From Methanobacteriota archaeon (GTDB taxonomy: Archaea; Thermoplasmatota; Poseidoniia; Poseidoniales; Poseidoniaceae): DNA of 64,000 nucleotides. Positions 37,172 through 46,557 of the stretch are shown here, piece after piece; position 1 is the first letter of the stretch; each line of letters begins with the position of its first letter. The DNA is taken from assembly GCA_002722695.1 (NCBI GenBank), contig PBMS01000029.1, forward strand, positions 5,724-69,723, read 5' to 3'. A program made the position numbers and the translations under genes. The notes under the pieces are model-generated. The model had not been told where the DNA came from. It did no database searches and worked only from the letters and a program-made list of their open reading frames with translations.

Positions 37172-38524
37172 TCACGACAGGGGGCGGCCAACAGCGAAAC
37201 ACTGCCAACCCAACTTTTGCAACCCGTCCAAGTCCAACACACGACGACCGTCATAGACTCGAGGTGCGTTCATCTGTTGGCCGAGCGCTTCCCAATCAAG
37301 GTCAACACACGCTTTGTGTGCTGTCACCAATACAGCGAGATCGTGATTTTTTGCCATGGTAAGGTCCTCGACCACCTCGATCGAGGCAGGAAAAGTTTCA
37401 GGATCAATATGAGGGTCGTAAACGCTGACGGCGATGCCACGTTGGTGCAAGGCTTCAGCCAACGGTTCAGCCGGTGTTTCCCGAGGGTCGCCCACTTCGG
37501 CTTTGTACGACCAACCAAGGAAGAGCACCTTCGTAGATTCCGCCGACAGCCCAGCCTTCCACAGGATGTCGACCAGGACCTGCGCGACATGGTTGGGCAT
37601 GGAGCGGTTGACCGCCCGAGCAGCGGTGATGAGCCCTGCAGGCACACCAACGTCGCTGGCTCGCTGAATCATGTAGTACGGGTCAACGGGAATGCAGTGG
37701 CCGCCCACCCCGACGCCAGGCGTGTAGCGATGGAAGTTCCACTTTGTTGCAGCAGCAGACAACACGTCCTCGACGTCCACGTCCATGGCGGGGAAAATAC
37801 GAGCCAGTTCATTGACGAGCGCGATGTTGATGTCGCGTTGCACGTTCTCAATGACCTTCGCTGCCTCAGCAACTTCAAGTTTTCCAACGTAGCGAACGTC
37901 CTCGCTCGTGAGTTGGCTGTAAAGTTGCACAAGGGCGTCGCCCACTTCAGGGTTGGAACAACCGACGACGCGAGCCACTGAACGCACGCCGTGGGCGGCG
38001 TCGCCGGGGTTGAATCGTTCGGGACAATACGCGATTTCAACATCGACGCCGATCTCTAGACCCAAATCCTCAATGAGAGGCAACCAAGTCTGAGCCGTTA
38101 CGCCGGGGTAGACCGTGGATTCGAGCACAACGATGGTGTTGGAACCTCGGGGTATTGACTCAAACACCGCTTTACCGGCCGCCTTGACATACGATAAATC
38201 AGGCTTGAGGTCGTGTGTTATGGGTGTTGGAACAGTCACAAGCACGATGTCGCATTGTGGAACGGCTTCCGCTGTGGAGGTGGTGATGTGCCAGCGTTCG
38301 CTGGCCGGCTGTGGGACGATGTCGTCGACATCAGGATCGCCCGTCGGGTTCTTTCCCGCTTTGACCGTGTCAACGGTGCGCTGCGAGACGTCAACGCCCC
38401 ACACGGTGAACCCGGCATCGTGAAACCCAATGGCCGTAGGCAAACCGACGTATCCAAGTCCGATGACGCCGATGGTCATGTCGGCGTTTGAGTCCAGCGA
38501 AGCAAAGCGCTGACTCCATCCCAT
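37172..38524 (-). CDS. nucleotide-sugar 6-dehydrogenase (UDP-HexNAc/UDP-Glc dehydrogenase family, WecC/WbpA/TviB-like)
   Basis: GLGYVGLP, VPTP, LESTVYPG, PERFNPG, AEAAKVIENVQRDINIA and GVGGHCIPVDPYY. Confidence 0.93.
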   Translation of the reverse strand: MGWSQRFASLDSNADMTIGVIGLGYVGLPTAIGFHDAGFTVWGVDVSQRTVDTVKAGKNPTGDPDVDDIVPQPASERWHITTSTAEAVPQCDIVLVTVPTPITHDLKPDLSYVKAAGKAVFESIPRGSNTIVVLESTVYPGVTAQTWLPLIEDLGLEIGVDVEIAYCPERFNPGDAAHGVRSVARVVGCSNPEVGDALVQLYSQLTSEDVRYVGKLEVAEAAKVIENVQRDINIALVNELARIFPAMDVDVEDVLSAAATKWNFHRYTPGVGVGGHCIPVDPYYMIQRASDVGVPAGLITAARAVNRSMPNHVAQVLVDILWKAGLSAESTKVLFLGWSYKAEVGDPRETPAEPLAEALHQRGIAVSVYDPHIDPETFPASIEVVEDLTMAKNHDLAVLVTAHKACVDLDWEALGQQMNAPRVYDGRRVLDLDGLQKLGWQCFAVGRPLS

Positions 38525-38653
38525 GTGCTATCCGAATCGGTTCATGTTATCAACTCAACCTATCAATGGACGGTGGAATATGCAAAACACCGAACGAATC
38601 CCCTCTCCGTTGAGGAACGGTCCGGTTTAGTCATATAGGAACGAAACGAGGCT

Positions 38654-39514
38654 ATGTCGATGGGGCAGAATGGTCCAACCACCCCCGTGCTCCGCCAAAT
38701 TGGGGTAAAATCAAATCCACTTCTTGCGCCCATAAACACGCTGAAAGAAGTCCGTTCGAATCGATTCCTGGTGCGGAATCTCATTCGACGTGATGTGCGA
38801 GGTCGCTATCGAAACGCTGCTCTCGGATACGCTTGGACGGTGATTGAACCTGCCTTGCTGGCCTCTGTTTACTGGTTTCTGTTCATCATGCTCAGTGGGA
38901 ATCCTGACGAAATGTACGCCGTTTGGGTGCTGTTGGGAGTGATTGTTTGGGGCTCTTTTTCAAAATCCTTGAACGCCGCAACGAATTCCCTGACCGGCAA
39001 TGTACGTACGATGCATCTTGTTTTCTTCCCGAGATCGATATTCCCCGTTTCTGGTGTTGGTGCTAACATCGTCGTCACAATGATGAGTTGTTTGATCATC
39101 CTCCCTCTTCTCTACATCTACGAATTACCAATCACAATCCACCTGGTCTGGATCCCCATCGGCGTGTTGTTGGCCGGGTTTATGGCGCTCGGTTTTGGCA
39201 TGATGATGGCGCCTCTGAATTGTGTTCAAAGGGATGTCCAGCATCTGATTCGTTTCATCACGCGTGCTGGCTTTTTCGTGTCCCCTGTGATGTGGACAGC
39301 AGAAATGGCAATGGAGCGCGGGGCTTGGGGCGAAGCTGCCCTATGGAACCCGATGGTACTACCAATCACGATGGTTCGTCATGCCCTCGAAGGGAAGAGC
39401 GTTGAATTACCGGATTCGATTGTAATTTCAAGTCTCGTGGTTTCGTTTCTGATCTACGTCGTCGGGACGATGATTTTCTCAAAATACGAGCGTGGGGCGG
39501 TGAAGTATCTATGA
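38654..39514 (+). CDS. wzm: ABC-2 polysaccharide export permease (Wzm/TagG/KpsM-like)
   Basis: RRDVRGRYRNAALGYAWTVIEP, FPRSIFP, RDVQH, FFVSPVMW and NPM, with about 6 TM helices. Confidence 0.92.
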   Translation: MSMGQNGPTTPVLRQIGVKSNPLLAPINTLKEVRSNRFLVRNLIRRDVRGRYRNAALGYAWTVIEPALLASVYWFLFIMLSGNPDEMYAVWVLLGVIVWGSFSKSLNAATNSLTGNVRTMHLVFFPRSIFPVSGVGANIVVTMMSCLIILPLLYIYELPITIHLVWIPIGVLLAGFMALGFGMMMAPLNCVQRDVQHLIRFITRAGFFVSPVMWTAEMAMERGAWGEAALWNPMVLPITMVRHALEGKSVELPDSIVISSLVVSFLIYVVGTMIFSKYERGAVKYL

Positions 39515-40230
39515 CAGAAACGAGCATCAGCCTTCAGGACATCGTCCTTCATTTCCCAAAGCAGCGGAATATTTTCGGGATTATCTCGGACTTTTTCCGT
39601 AAAAAAATACGGCGGTTCACTGCACTAAGCGGTGTAAATTTGCACATTAAGCAGGGCGAAGTGGTTGGAATAATCGGACGAAACGGTTCCGGAAAATCCA
39701 CACTCCTTAGAGTGATATCGGGTATTTACCCTCCTGACGAAGGCATGGTTCATGCTGCGGGAGACATCTCCTTGCTTGCAGGTCTAGGAACAGGGTTCTC
39801 TCCGCATCAAACGGGACGAGAAAACGCTTTGCTGTACGGCTCAATACTCGGCCACAGTGAAGAAGAAATGTTGTCCAAGCTGGATGAAATTATTGAATTT
39901 AGTGAACTGGGTTCGTTTATTGATGAGCCGCTGAGAACGTACTCAGCAGGAATGAAAGCCCGTTTGGGCCTGGCCGTCGCTTCTGCGATTAAACCGAACA
40001 TCCTTCTCATCGACGAGGTCTTGGGTGTGGGAGATCCAAATTTTCGAGAGAAATCCAAAAATAAAATTCTCGCAATGGTGAAGGGAGCCAGTACCGTTGT
40101 TATCGTATCCCACAGCTTTGGTTTGATGACCGACGTGTGCGATCGCGTCGTCCTTTTGGACCGAGGAAAAATCATTGCTGAGGGTGACCCGCAAACATCG
40201 ATCAAAGCGTATTACGATTTGGAGGAATGA
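39511..40230 (+). CDS. wzt: polysaccharide ABC exporter ATPase (Wzt/TagH/KpsT-like) without a C-terminal carbohydrate-binding domain
   Basis: GRNGSGKST, TYSAGMKARLG, LLIDEVLGVGD and VSH. 239 aa, ATGA overlap with the permease. Confidence 0.95.
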   Translation: MTETSISLQDIVLHFPKQRNIFGIISDFFRKKIRRFTALSGVNLHIKQGEVVGIIGRNGSGKSTLLRVISGIYPPDEGMVHAAGDISLLAGLGTGFSPHQTGRENALLYGSILGHSEEEMLSKLDEIIEFSELGSFIDEPLRTYSAGMKARLGLAVASAIKPNILLIDEVLGVGDPNFREKSKNKILAMVKGASTVVIVSHSFGLMTDVCDRVVLLDRGKIIAEGDPQTSIKAYYDLEE

Positions 40231-41420
40231 ACGCAATGCCAACGCCGCGTAATGCAATGACGGCGAGAGAACGTCAACTGAGCGATGAACTAAACAGAAT
40301 CCGGTCAACATACTCTTTCAACCTCGGACTTCTGTTGACCGAGGCTCTCTTCAGAAAACCTTGGAAAATTCCTCTGCTCCCACTGTCGTTCGTCTTGTTC
40401 AACATCCGATACATCAAGCAAGGAAGAGTAAAAAAACTGCACATCGAAGAAAACTCAATCGAACTTGATGAAAACGTATTGATGCTCATCTCCACAACTG
40501 AAGAGGGCACGGCATCATTGGAACGGTGTGCGATTCTTGCAACAGAGTGGCTGAATGAACCTGAACGTAAGGTCGTGATCGTCAGTCCTCACGAAGACTA
40601 CCCGGGATTCTTACCGAAAAAAGCGGTGATGTATCCCATAAAAGATCCAAAGCTCTTGCACAAACAAAAACGGTCAGAGTGGAACGCATTGTGCGAGAAT
40701 CTGATCTCAAATATTCTTGAGTCGCATCGCCCGCAGCACGCAATTTTTGATGGGCCTTACCCCTATCGAGGAGTCTTAAACTCAATCAAGTCATTTCCGT
40801 CGGCCACATGGGTTTGGTTTCGACCCGAGGGGATCGACAACAGCACCCTCTTGACGCAATCCGAACATTTTACAAAAACGGAACGTTTCTCCATCTCAGA
40901 CAGACCCGGTGTGGCAATGCACGAATCGAGGAGATTACCTGTCAAAAAAGAATGGAAACGAATCTTACTCGACGCCCGAACGTATGGATCACACACGATG
41001 AAGCACGATGTGAAAATGCACAACATCTACAACGAGTTGGGGAACGACATCACTGTCGTTCACCCCTACGATGCAAATGCAATGGGTGGAGAAATCACAT
41101 CGGTGCTTTCTGAACAATCTCTTGAACACTTGATGGGGGCCGTCGTTCCTGCAAATCTAGAGATTGTTGCTGCCATGATGGCCGCAAATCTACCAACCCT
41201 GTGCATCCACACCGACGATACAAATCCCGCCACTTTAGCTGACCTGCGAAAGGGCTCGGCCCGTTGTCCGGTGATGTTTTGTCATGAACGGGACACGGTT
41301 CAGATTTTGCATTGTTTGACGACGCTGGTGAGAGACAACAACGCTATGAGAGAATGTTCCAACAGCGTGAAAAAAAGAAATTGGGTTTCTCAAATCATTC
41401 CGTCGCTTCATAAAGATTGA
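40227..41420 (+). CDS. degenerate GT-B-fold protein, paralogue of 45208-46557
   Basis: Shares the SF.LG.LL...PW.I..LP and SEWNA...HRP...DG..PYRG.LN blocks with 45208-46557. ATGA overlap with wzt. Confidence 0.7.
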   Translation: MNAMPTPRNAMTARERQLSDELNRIRSTYSFNLGLLLTEALFRKPWKIPLLPLSFVLFNIRYIKQGRVKKLHIEENSIELDENVLMLISTTEEGTASLERCAILATEWLNEPERKVVIVSPHEDYPGFLPKKAVMYPIKDPKLLHKQKRSEWNALCENLISNILESHRPQHAIFDGPYPYRGVLNSIKSFPSATWVWFRPEGIDNSTLLTQSEHFTKTERFSISDRPGVAMHESRRLPVKKEWKRILLDARTYGSHTMKHDVKMHNIYNELGNDITVVHPYDANAMGGEITSVLSEQSLEHLMGAVVPANLEIVAAMMAANLPTLCIHTDDTNPATLADLRKGSARCPVMFCHERDTVQILHCLTTLVRDNNAMRECSNSVKKRNWVSQIIPSLHKD

Positions 41421-44400
41421 CCGATGAAAGCAAACCGACGTCCCTTTCTGTCATCGGCAGTGCGAAATTGGAAAGTCGGTTTTTTGTGAAGGCCCTGTAC
41501 TTCTCCGGAATCATCTCAAGAGAAACGGGCAGGTAATGCTCAAGGAAGGTCCAATCCCTGTCAAGGTGGCGGTTTAAGTGTGGAAATTCATCAACCACCT
41601 TCAGTCCATCTTTTGATACCCCTCCATGTTTAATTGAATAGAGCGTACTTGCTGCTTGTTTCAATGGCTCTTTTTGCAAGAAGGTGGTTATTTCATTGCT
41701 CATTGCAAACGGCAACCCTTGCAAAGTGTTTTTTCTGAAACATTTCCAACAGGTTCCGCAAACCTGACCGGGACGGGAGGAACGAAGGCACGACTGTGCC
41801 CATCCGTCCCACCCCGAAGCCGTAACAATGTTGAGATTGACCACTTCCGAACAACCTGCAACCGGCTGGTACAGCGAAAGTCCGACGGCGTCAAACATTG
41901 GCGCATAGTGCTTCCAAAACCAAGATTGTTGGAAATCGCGATATTTGTACCCGTGAAAAAGGTATGAGTTTTCCAGCGGCATCCCTGTGCCTATGCTGTC
42001 CAATCCAAAATAATCAGCAAGGAGAATGGCCTGCACAGCGCATGCATAATCTGTTGAGAATCCTGCAGACTTTCCTTGATGTCGCCTTAATTCTTCATGG
42101 TTTGAAGGGATGCAATGAACGATTCTGCCAGTATCTGTTCTGATTTTATCAAAGAATCGAAAAGCGTTGGTGTGATCCAGCTGACCTGAAATGCCGGTTC
42201 GTTCATTGTAGAGCAGCACCGTATCCTCCGGCATAAGTGCCATAGCGGCAGCAGAATCTATCCCGCCAGAAAATGCCAGTCCAGGCCTCCATCCTGGTTC
42301 TCGTGTTGGGTTCCAATGTTCCATTGCTGACTTGTCCCAAGGCTCAACAAGAAGATGGTGGGCGAGTTGAAACAAGTCAGGGTGTGTATCATCAATGGAC
42401 CAGTCCATTGGCATTTGGAAGTACACTTCATGTTCTTTCCATTTCAAAACAAGCAAGTCTCCAGCGGTGGACCAGTGATCACCAACGATGTATCGATCTT
42501 GATCTCCTTTCGTGCCCGAACCACGACCGTCAAGATACTTCGCAAGCTCCTGTTGAGTCGATTTGCTCGTCCGAGTTAAATCGGGCAATTCATGTGACGG
42601 CATGAGTTCGGTTGACCATTTGCTTTCGTCTCGAAAACGAGCGCTGAGTTTGATTGCCTCGCTGTTGTTTTGGGAGGCCATCTGAACAACAACATAGTAT
42701 CCTATTTTCCCAGAGGATATCTTGGATTGAAGAGTCCCATCCAACTCAAATTCATTCCTGAGTTTCAGATGAACGTTTGAGGCAACTCGAGAGGAACCAT
42801 AGGGGCCAAGCACAAGGGACTTGATGGGACCGTTGAGCACAAGACGGCTGAGTTGGAGGGTTGAATCGCAAGCCAATGCATCCAATTCCCAACGTAGCAT
42901 GGGTGGAAATACGTCGTTTGAGATTCCTAATCGCCCAAACACATGGTCCAAACGCACGGAGTAATCCGTTGGATTTTCTCGCAGAACCGTTGCGAAACGC
43001 CGTGCGTCGGTTTCATCCACTATGATATCGACGCGTTCATCGAGTCCCGAGCGCCGGATCGATCGATTGACGCAATAAATCGTGTTGTTGTCTTGTTGAT
43101 CCTTGTTGACCGTGGACGTGTTGCTCTTGTGCTGCCTGTAGAGATACAGTGGTGTTTGCAGATGATACCCAGCGGTAATTTCAGACAGTTTCAGAAAAAA
43201 GTCATAATCCACAGCGTTGGTTATTGACTCGTCAAAGCCGCCTGAACGATTGAAATCACGCCTTCTAAACATTCGAGGATGATGAATCATCATGCCCTTC
43301 ATGAGGCGCTTTCGGCTGTATATCGCCCACGAATATGCCGGCCCCATCGAAGCTCCATGCTCATCAATAAGAAAAGAATCTCCGTACACAAATCCAACAT
43401 TCGAATTGTTCTGCAGAAACACCGAGAGCAATTTGTCTGCTGCCGATGGAAGAAGGACATCATCGCCGTCAAGCTGCAGTATGAACTCACCACGACCAGC
43501 ACGAATCGCTGCGTTTGATGCACTGGAGATTCCTTTGTTCTCCTGATGCAGGATGATGACTCGTTCGTTCCCTGAATACAATCGGTCGATCAACTCGCCC
43601 GTACCATCTGTCGATCCATCGTTGCATACAATTACTTCAAGGTCCGTCATGGTTTGGTTCAGAGCACTATCGACCGCCTCCTGAATAAAGTCCACACAGT
43701 TGTAAGCTGGGATGTATACGGTTAATCGAGGGACTTCATAGACTCGTCCTGGTTCAAATTTTCTGTACATTGCGGGACATTTTTCGACGAGTTGGTTTCG
43801 TGTGATCTCCTTCCCTGACTCACGGTCTGTCTCGTTTGATCCACCCGGTGGCTCTTGATGGAGGGCTTCAGCCCCCTCGACAGGTATGAACCACGCCCCG
43901 TGCCGATAAAGTCGATAGCCGTATTCCTGGTCCTCTGCTCCCCATGCAGTGAAGGTTTCGTCAAATCCACCGACGGATTCATGCAACTGGCGATCGATGC
44001 AAAGATTGCCACCACAGAGCCATCGAAACGCGTATTGAGCACTCTTTGCTTGCTCGGTTTCATGGTAGAATTTGTATCTCCAGTCTTCGCTCGGAGCTTC
44101 ATCGCCCACGGGTCCGCGTCCGGTGTCAACGCGTTGAGTGGGTAAATCGAGGACAGTTTCAATGTTCTCCAGAACGTCTTGAATCGAAAGGTCGTCGGTG
44201 TTTACATATCTTCGGCCGCCGATCAATACTGCCTTTTTTGACACATGCATGTACTTCATGAACGATTCAACCAGAGTTGGTTCGGGCAACATGTCGCAGT
44301 CAAGGATAATAATGCAGTCGTTGCTTGCTTCACGTACGCCCAAATTTCTGATTTCGCTCAATCGATAACCTAAATCTTCCTGAAAAACATGTTTGATGGG

Positions 44401-44685
44401 AAAAAAGTCCTTGAAAAGAGGAATGAGCGACTCCGGTGAATCGGATGAGCCGTCGTCCGCTATAACAATCTCAATCAGAGAAAGTGGATAACTGGAATGG
44501 GTGAGTGCTGCAATTGTCTTTCCCAGCTTCTCACGACGGTTGTAAACCGGTATAACAACCGAAACCGGTAGTGTGTATTCTGGCCTGCTTCGTGCAGGAA
44601 AGCGCAATTTGACCGCTCGTTGGAACAGAGTCCAATCATTTCCCTGCCCGAGGAGAGGAGGAAGTAATTCGTCGAATTCAAGCAT
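41395..44685 (-). CDS. tandem-GT2 glycosaminoglycan-synthase-like polymerase (PmHAS/PmCS/KfoC type) fused to a C-terminal PP-loop domain
   Basis: Domain A has DDGS, LDCDM, DWR, WGAEDQEYGYRL and HQEPPGGSNETDRESGK. Domain B has YIPAYNC, SALNQT, CNDGSTD, SASNAA, QLDGDD, HHPRMF and NAVDYDFFLKLSE. The C-terminus has AFSGGIDS and SCLR...CGTCWKCFRK. Confidence 0.9.
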   Translation of the reverse strand: MLEFDELLPPLLGQGNDWTLFQRAVKLRFPARSRPEYTLPVSVVIPVYNRREKLGKTIAALTHSSYPLSLIEIVIADDGSSDSPESLIPLFKDFFPIKHVFQEDLGYRLSEIRNLGVREASNDCIIILDCDMLPEPTLVESFMKYMHVSKKAVLIGGRRYVNTDDLSIQDVLENIETVLDLPTQRVDTGRGPVGDEAPSEDWRYKFYHETEQAKSAQYAFRWLCGGNLCIDRQLHESVGGFDETFTAWGAEDQEYGYRLYRHGAWFIPVEGAEALHQEPPGGSNETDRESGKEITRNQLVEKCPAMYRKFEPGRVYEVPRLTVYIPAYNCVDFIQEAVDSALNQTMTDLEVIVCNDGSTDGTGELIDRLYSGNERVIILHQENKGISSASNAAIRAGRGEFILQLDGDDVLLPSAADKLLSVFLQNNSNVGFVYGDSFLIDEHGASMGPAYSWAIYSRKRLMKGMMIHHPRMFRRRDFNRSGGFDESITNAVDYDFFLKLSEITAGYHLQTPLYLYRQHKSNTSTVNKDQQDNNTIYCVNRSIRRSGLDERVDIIVDETDARRFATVLRENPTDYSVRLDHVFGRLGISNDVFPPMLRWELDALACDSTLQLSRLVLNGPIKSLVLGPYGSSRVASNVHLKLRNEFELDGTLQSKISSGKIGYYVVVQMASQNNSEAIKLSARFRDESKWSTELMPSHELPDLTRTSKSTQQELAKYLDGRGSGTKGDQDRYIVGDHWSTAGDLLVLKWKEHEVYFQMPMDWSIDDTHPDLFQLAHHLLVEPWDKSAMEHWNPTREPGWRPGLAFSGGIDSAAAMALMPEDTVLLYNERTGISGQLDHTNAFRFFDKIRTDTGRIVHCIPSNHEELRRHQGKSAGFSTDYACAVQAILLADYFGLDSIGTGMPLENSYLFHGYKYRDFQQSWFWKHYAPMFDAVGLSLYQPVAGCSEVVNLNIVTASGWDGWAQSCLRSSRPGQVCGTCWKCFRKNTLQGLPFAMSNEITTFLQKEPLKQAASTLYSIKHGGVSKDGLKVVDEFPHLNRHLDRDWTFLEHYLPVSLEMIPEKYRAFTKNRLSNFALPMTERDVGLLSSVNLYEATE

Positions 44686-45211
44686 GGTGGGGGGCTCCTA
44701 AATGCACGTCCAGCGCCGCAAATTTCCTTGGTTCCCCGTTGGATTTGAATTGCTCGCTGATGAAGATTTGAGCCTCGCAATTAAAATGTGCTTCCAAATC
44801 AATCATCAGGGAATGCTCAGCTTCCCGGTCGACATCGTCAACAAGGATGTGTTGTAACTTTGGTAAACGGGTGAGATGATTTAGTATTCCGCTGCGACCG
44901 ATTGAACCCGGCGGACCGTCGATGATGAGTAGGTGTGCTTCCATGGGGAGTTCATCAAAACACGATTCATCGTACCATCCCTCTTCTTTTCGGCTGATGG
45001 ACACAGAATTCGTCACGATCGGGGCAAAGACATAGGTCGACTTGGATTTGTGAAGCCAATCCTCGTTGTGTTCAACGGAATAGAGTTCAAATCGTTCGCT
45101 CAAACGCACGCTGCCGTCTCCACTACCGAATTCAATCACCACTGCTCCTGAGGGTATGCGTTCCTCAATCCATAAAAACGCCTCATTAGGAAGCATCCAT
45201 CCTGCGTTCAT
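44678..45211 (-). CDS. small class I SAM-dependent methyltransferase-like protein
   Basis: VIEFGSGDGS, SVEHNEDW, IIDGPPG and LVDDVDR. Overlaps both neighbours. Confidence 0.8.
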   Translation of the reverse strand: MNAGWMLPNEAFLWIEERIPSGAVVIEFGSGDGSVRLSERFELYSVEHNEDWLHKSKSTYVFAPIVTNSVSISRKEEGWYDESCFDELPMEAHLLIIDGPPGSIGRSGILNHLTRLPKLQHILVDDVDREAEHSLMIDLEAHFNCEAQIFISEQFKSNGEPRKFAALDVHLGAPHHA

Positions 45212-46557
45212 GTGTCCACCCATTCTGAAAGCACCACCTGCAGAATGCTGGCACCGTTTTCCTGTTCAGAAACTGGGTTGCGTGGCCTTGACAGCAATTC
45301 AGCGACAGCGGTTTCTATTGCGGATTTGGTGCGCTCTCTAACCACCAACCCCCATCCTTCCGCTTCCGCTTGGCGACATCGAGCAAGCTGGTCGTCCATT
45401 CCAGTCGCCATGTTAGGGTAAAACACGGTAGGAATACCGAACTTCCTCATTTCGTGGTACGAGTTGTACCCTCCAGCTTGTACGCTGGCATCAAAGGCAT
45501 TGAAGTACACCGAATTAGGGTAATCTCGAAGCAAGACAACCCGATCAAGGTTCACAGAAAGACGTTCCCCCAGCATGCTTTCACCCAGCACCACGCTGAC
45601 ATTCTCATGAGCGAGAAGGGCGTCGATGGTAAGTCGCACCTCAGAACCAATTTCGTTGATTTGGCCAGCACCCAACTGAACGTACACGACTCTCTCTTCC
45701 AGCCCAAGTCCGAGGCGTTTTCTTGCATCGTTTCGTTGAATCAATTCTCCATGGTCAAGAAGCACCATTGGCGGAACTGATATTGTCTTTACACTGTGTC
45801 CAATTTCTGTTGGTTTCAGAGGAACACTGTCCTCGGGTCGCACGATTAGATCGAAGTGCTCAATTGAGTCTACGGGTATATTGCTCCCTTTCTTGAACAT
45901 CCCTCGTCGAAGCCACACTTTCTTGAGGGAGCGCTGCCCATTGAGCGCGTTTAACATACCACGATATGGAAAGGCTCCATCGTAAACAAACATCGTTGGG
46001 CGATGCTGGGTAAAAACGAGTGAAAGTTGCTCTTCCACCATCGCATTCCATTCGGATGTGGTCATGTTCTTGTGTTTTTTTCTACCCGCAAGGTGGTAGG
46101 TCGGAAATCCATCGTTGTACAACAGATGCAAGGTCGGCATTGTTGTAAAGAACACCACCTCAGATGATGGAAATCGCTTTTTCCACCTCTTGGCAAGAGC
46201 GTACATTCGAGTAAAATGGCCAAACCCGACGCCGTTTGTTGGAAACAGGACAATCGAATCCTTTCGAGGTTGATGCGCTTCTTCATGTTCCCCATCACCG
46301 TAGGGGATTGGGCGTTTACCAATTCGCTCCATGCCGATGCAAAACACAAGATAGGGAACCGTGAATGGAAGGAAAATAATCCTCCAAGGTCTCTGAACAG
46401 CGTTTGTCAGAAGAACACCCAGTCTGAATGGAGCAGAATTCCGAAGTCGCCTGTTCTCACGTTGGTAAAATCCATCCCGCTGAGTTGGCGTGTGAGATTC
46501 GTGTTCGTGGGCTTGATGATCTCCATCCATCACGTCATCAGAGTCGTAATCAATCAT
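45208..46557 (-). CDS. GT-B glycosyltransferase (GT28/MurG/SpsG-like)
   Basis: PTNGVGFGHFTR, VQLGAG, QAGGYNSYHE and PN...DDQLAR. Confidence 0.82.
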   Translation of the reverse strand: MIDYDSDDVMDGDHQAHEHESHTPTQRDGFYQRENRRLRNSAPFRLGVLLTNAVQRPWRIIFLPFTVPYLVFCIGMERIGKRPIPYGDGEHEEAHQPRKDSIVLFPTNGVGFGHFTRMYALAKRWKKRFPSSEVVFFTTMPTLHLLYNDGFPTYHLAGRKKHKNMTTSEWNAMVEEQLSLVFTQHRPTMFVYDGAFPYRGMLNALNGQRSLKKVWLRRGMFKKGSNIPVDSIEHFDLIVRPEDSVPLKPTEIGHSVKTISVPPMVLLDHGELIQRNDARKRLGLGLEERVVYVQLGAGQINEIGSEVRLTIDALLAHENVSVVLGESMLGERLSVNLDRVVLLRDYPNSVYFNAFDASVQAGGYNSYHEMRKFGIPTVFYPNMATGMDDQLARCRQAEAEGWGLVVRERTKSAIETAVAELLSRPRNPVSEQENGASILQVVLSEWVDT

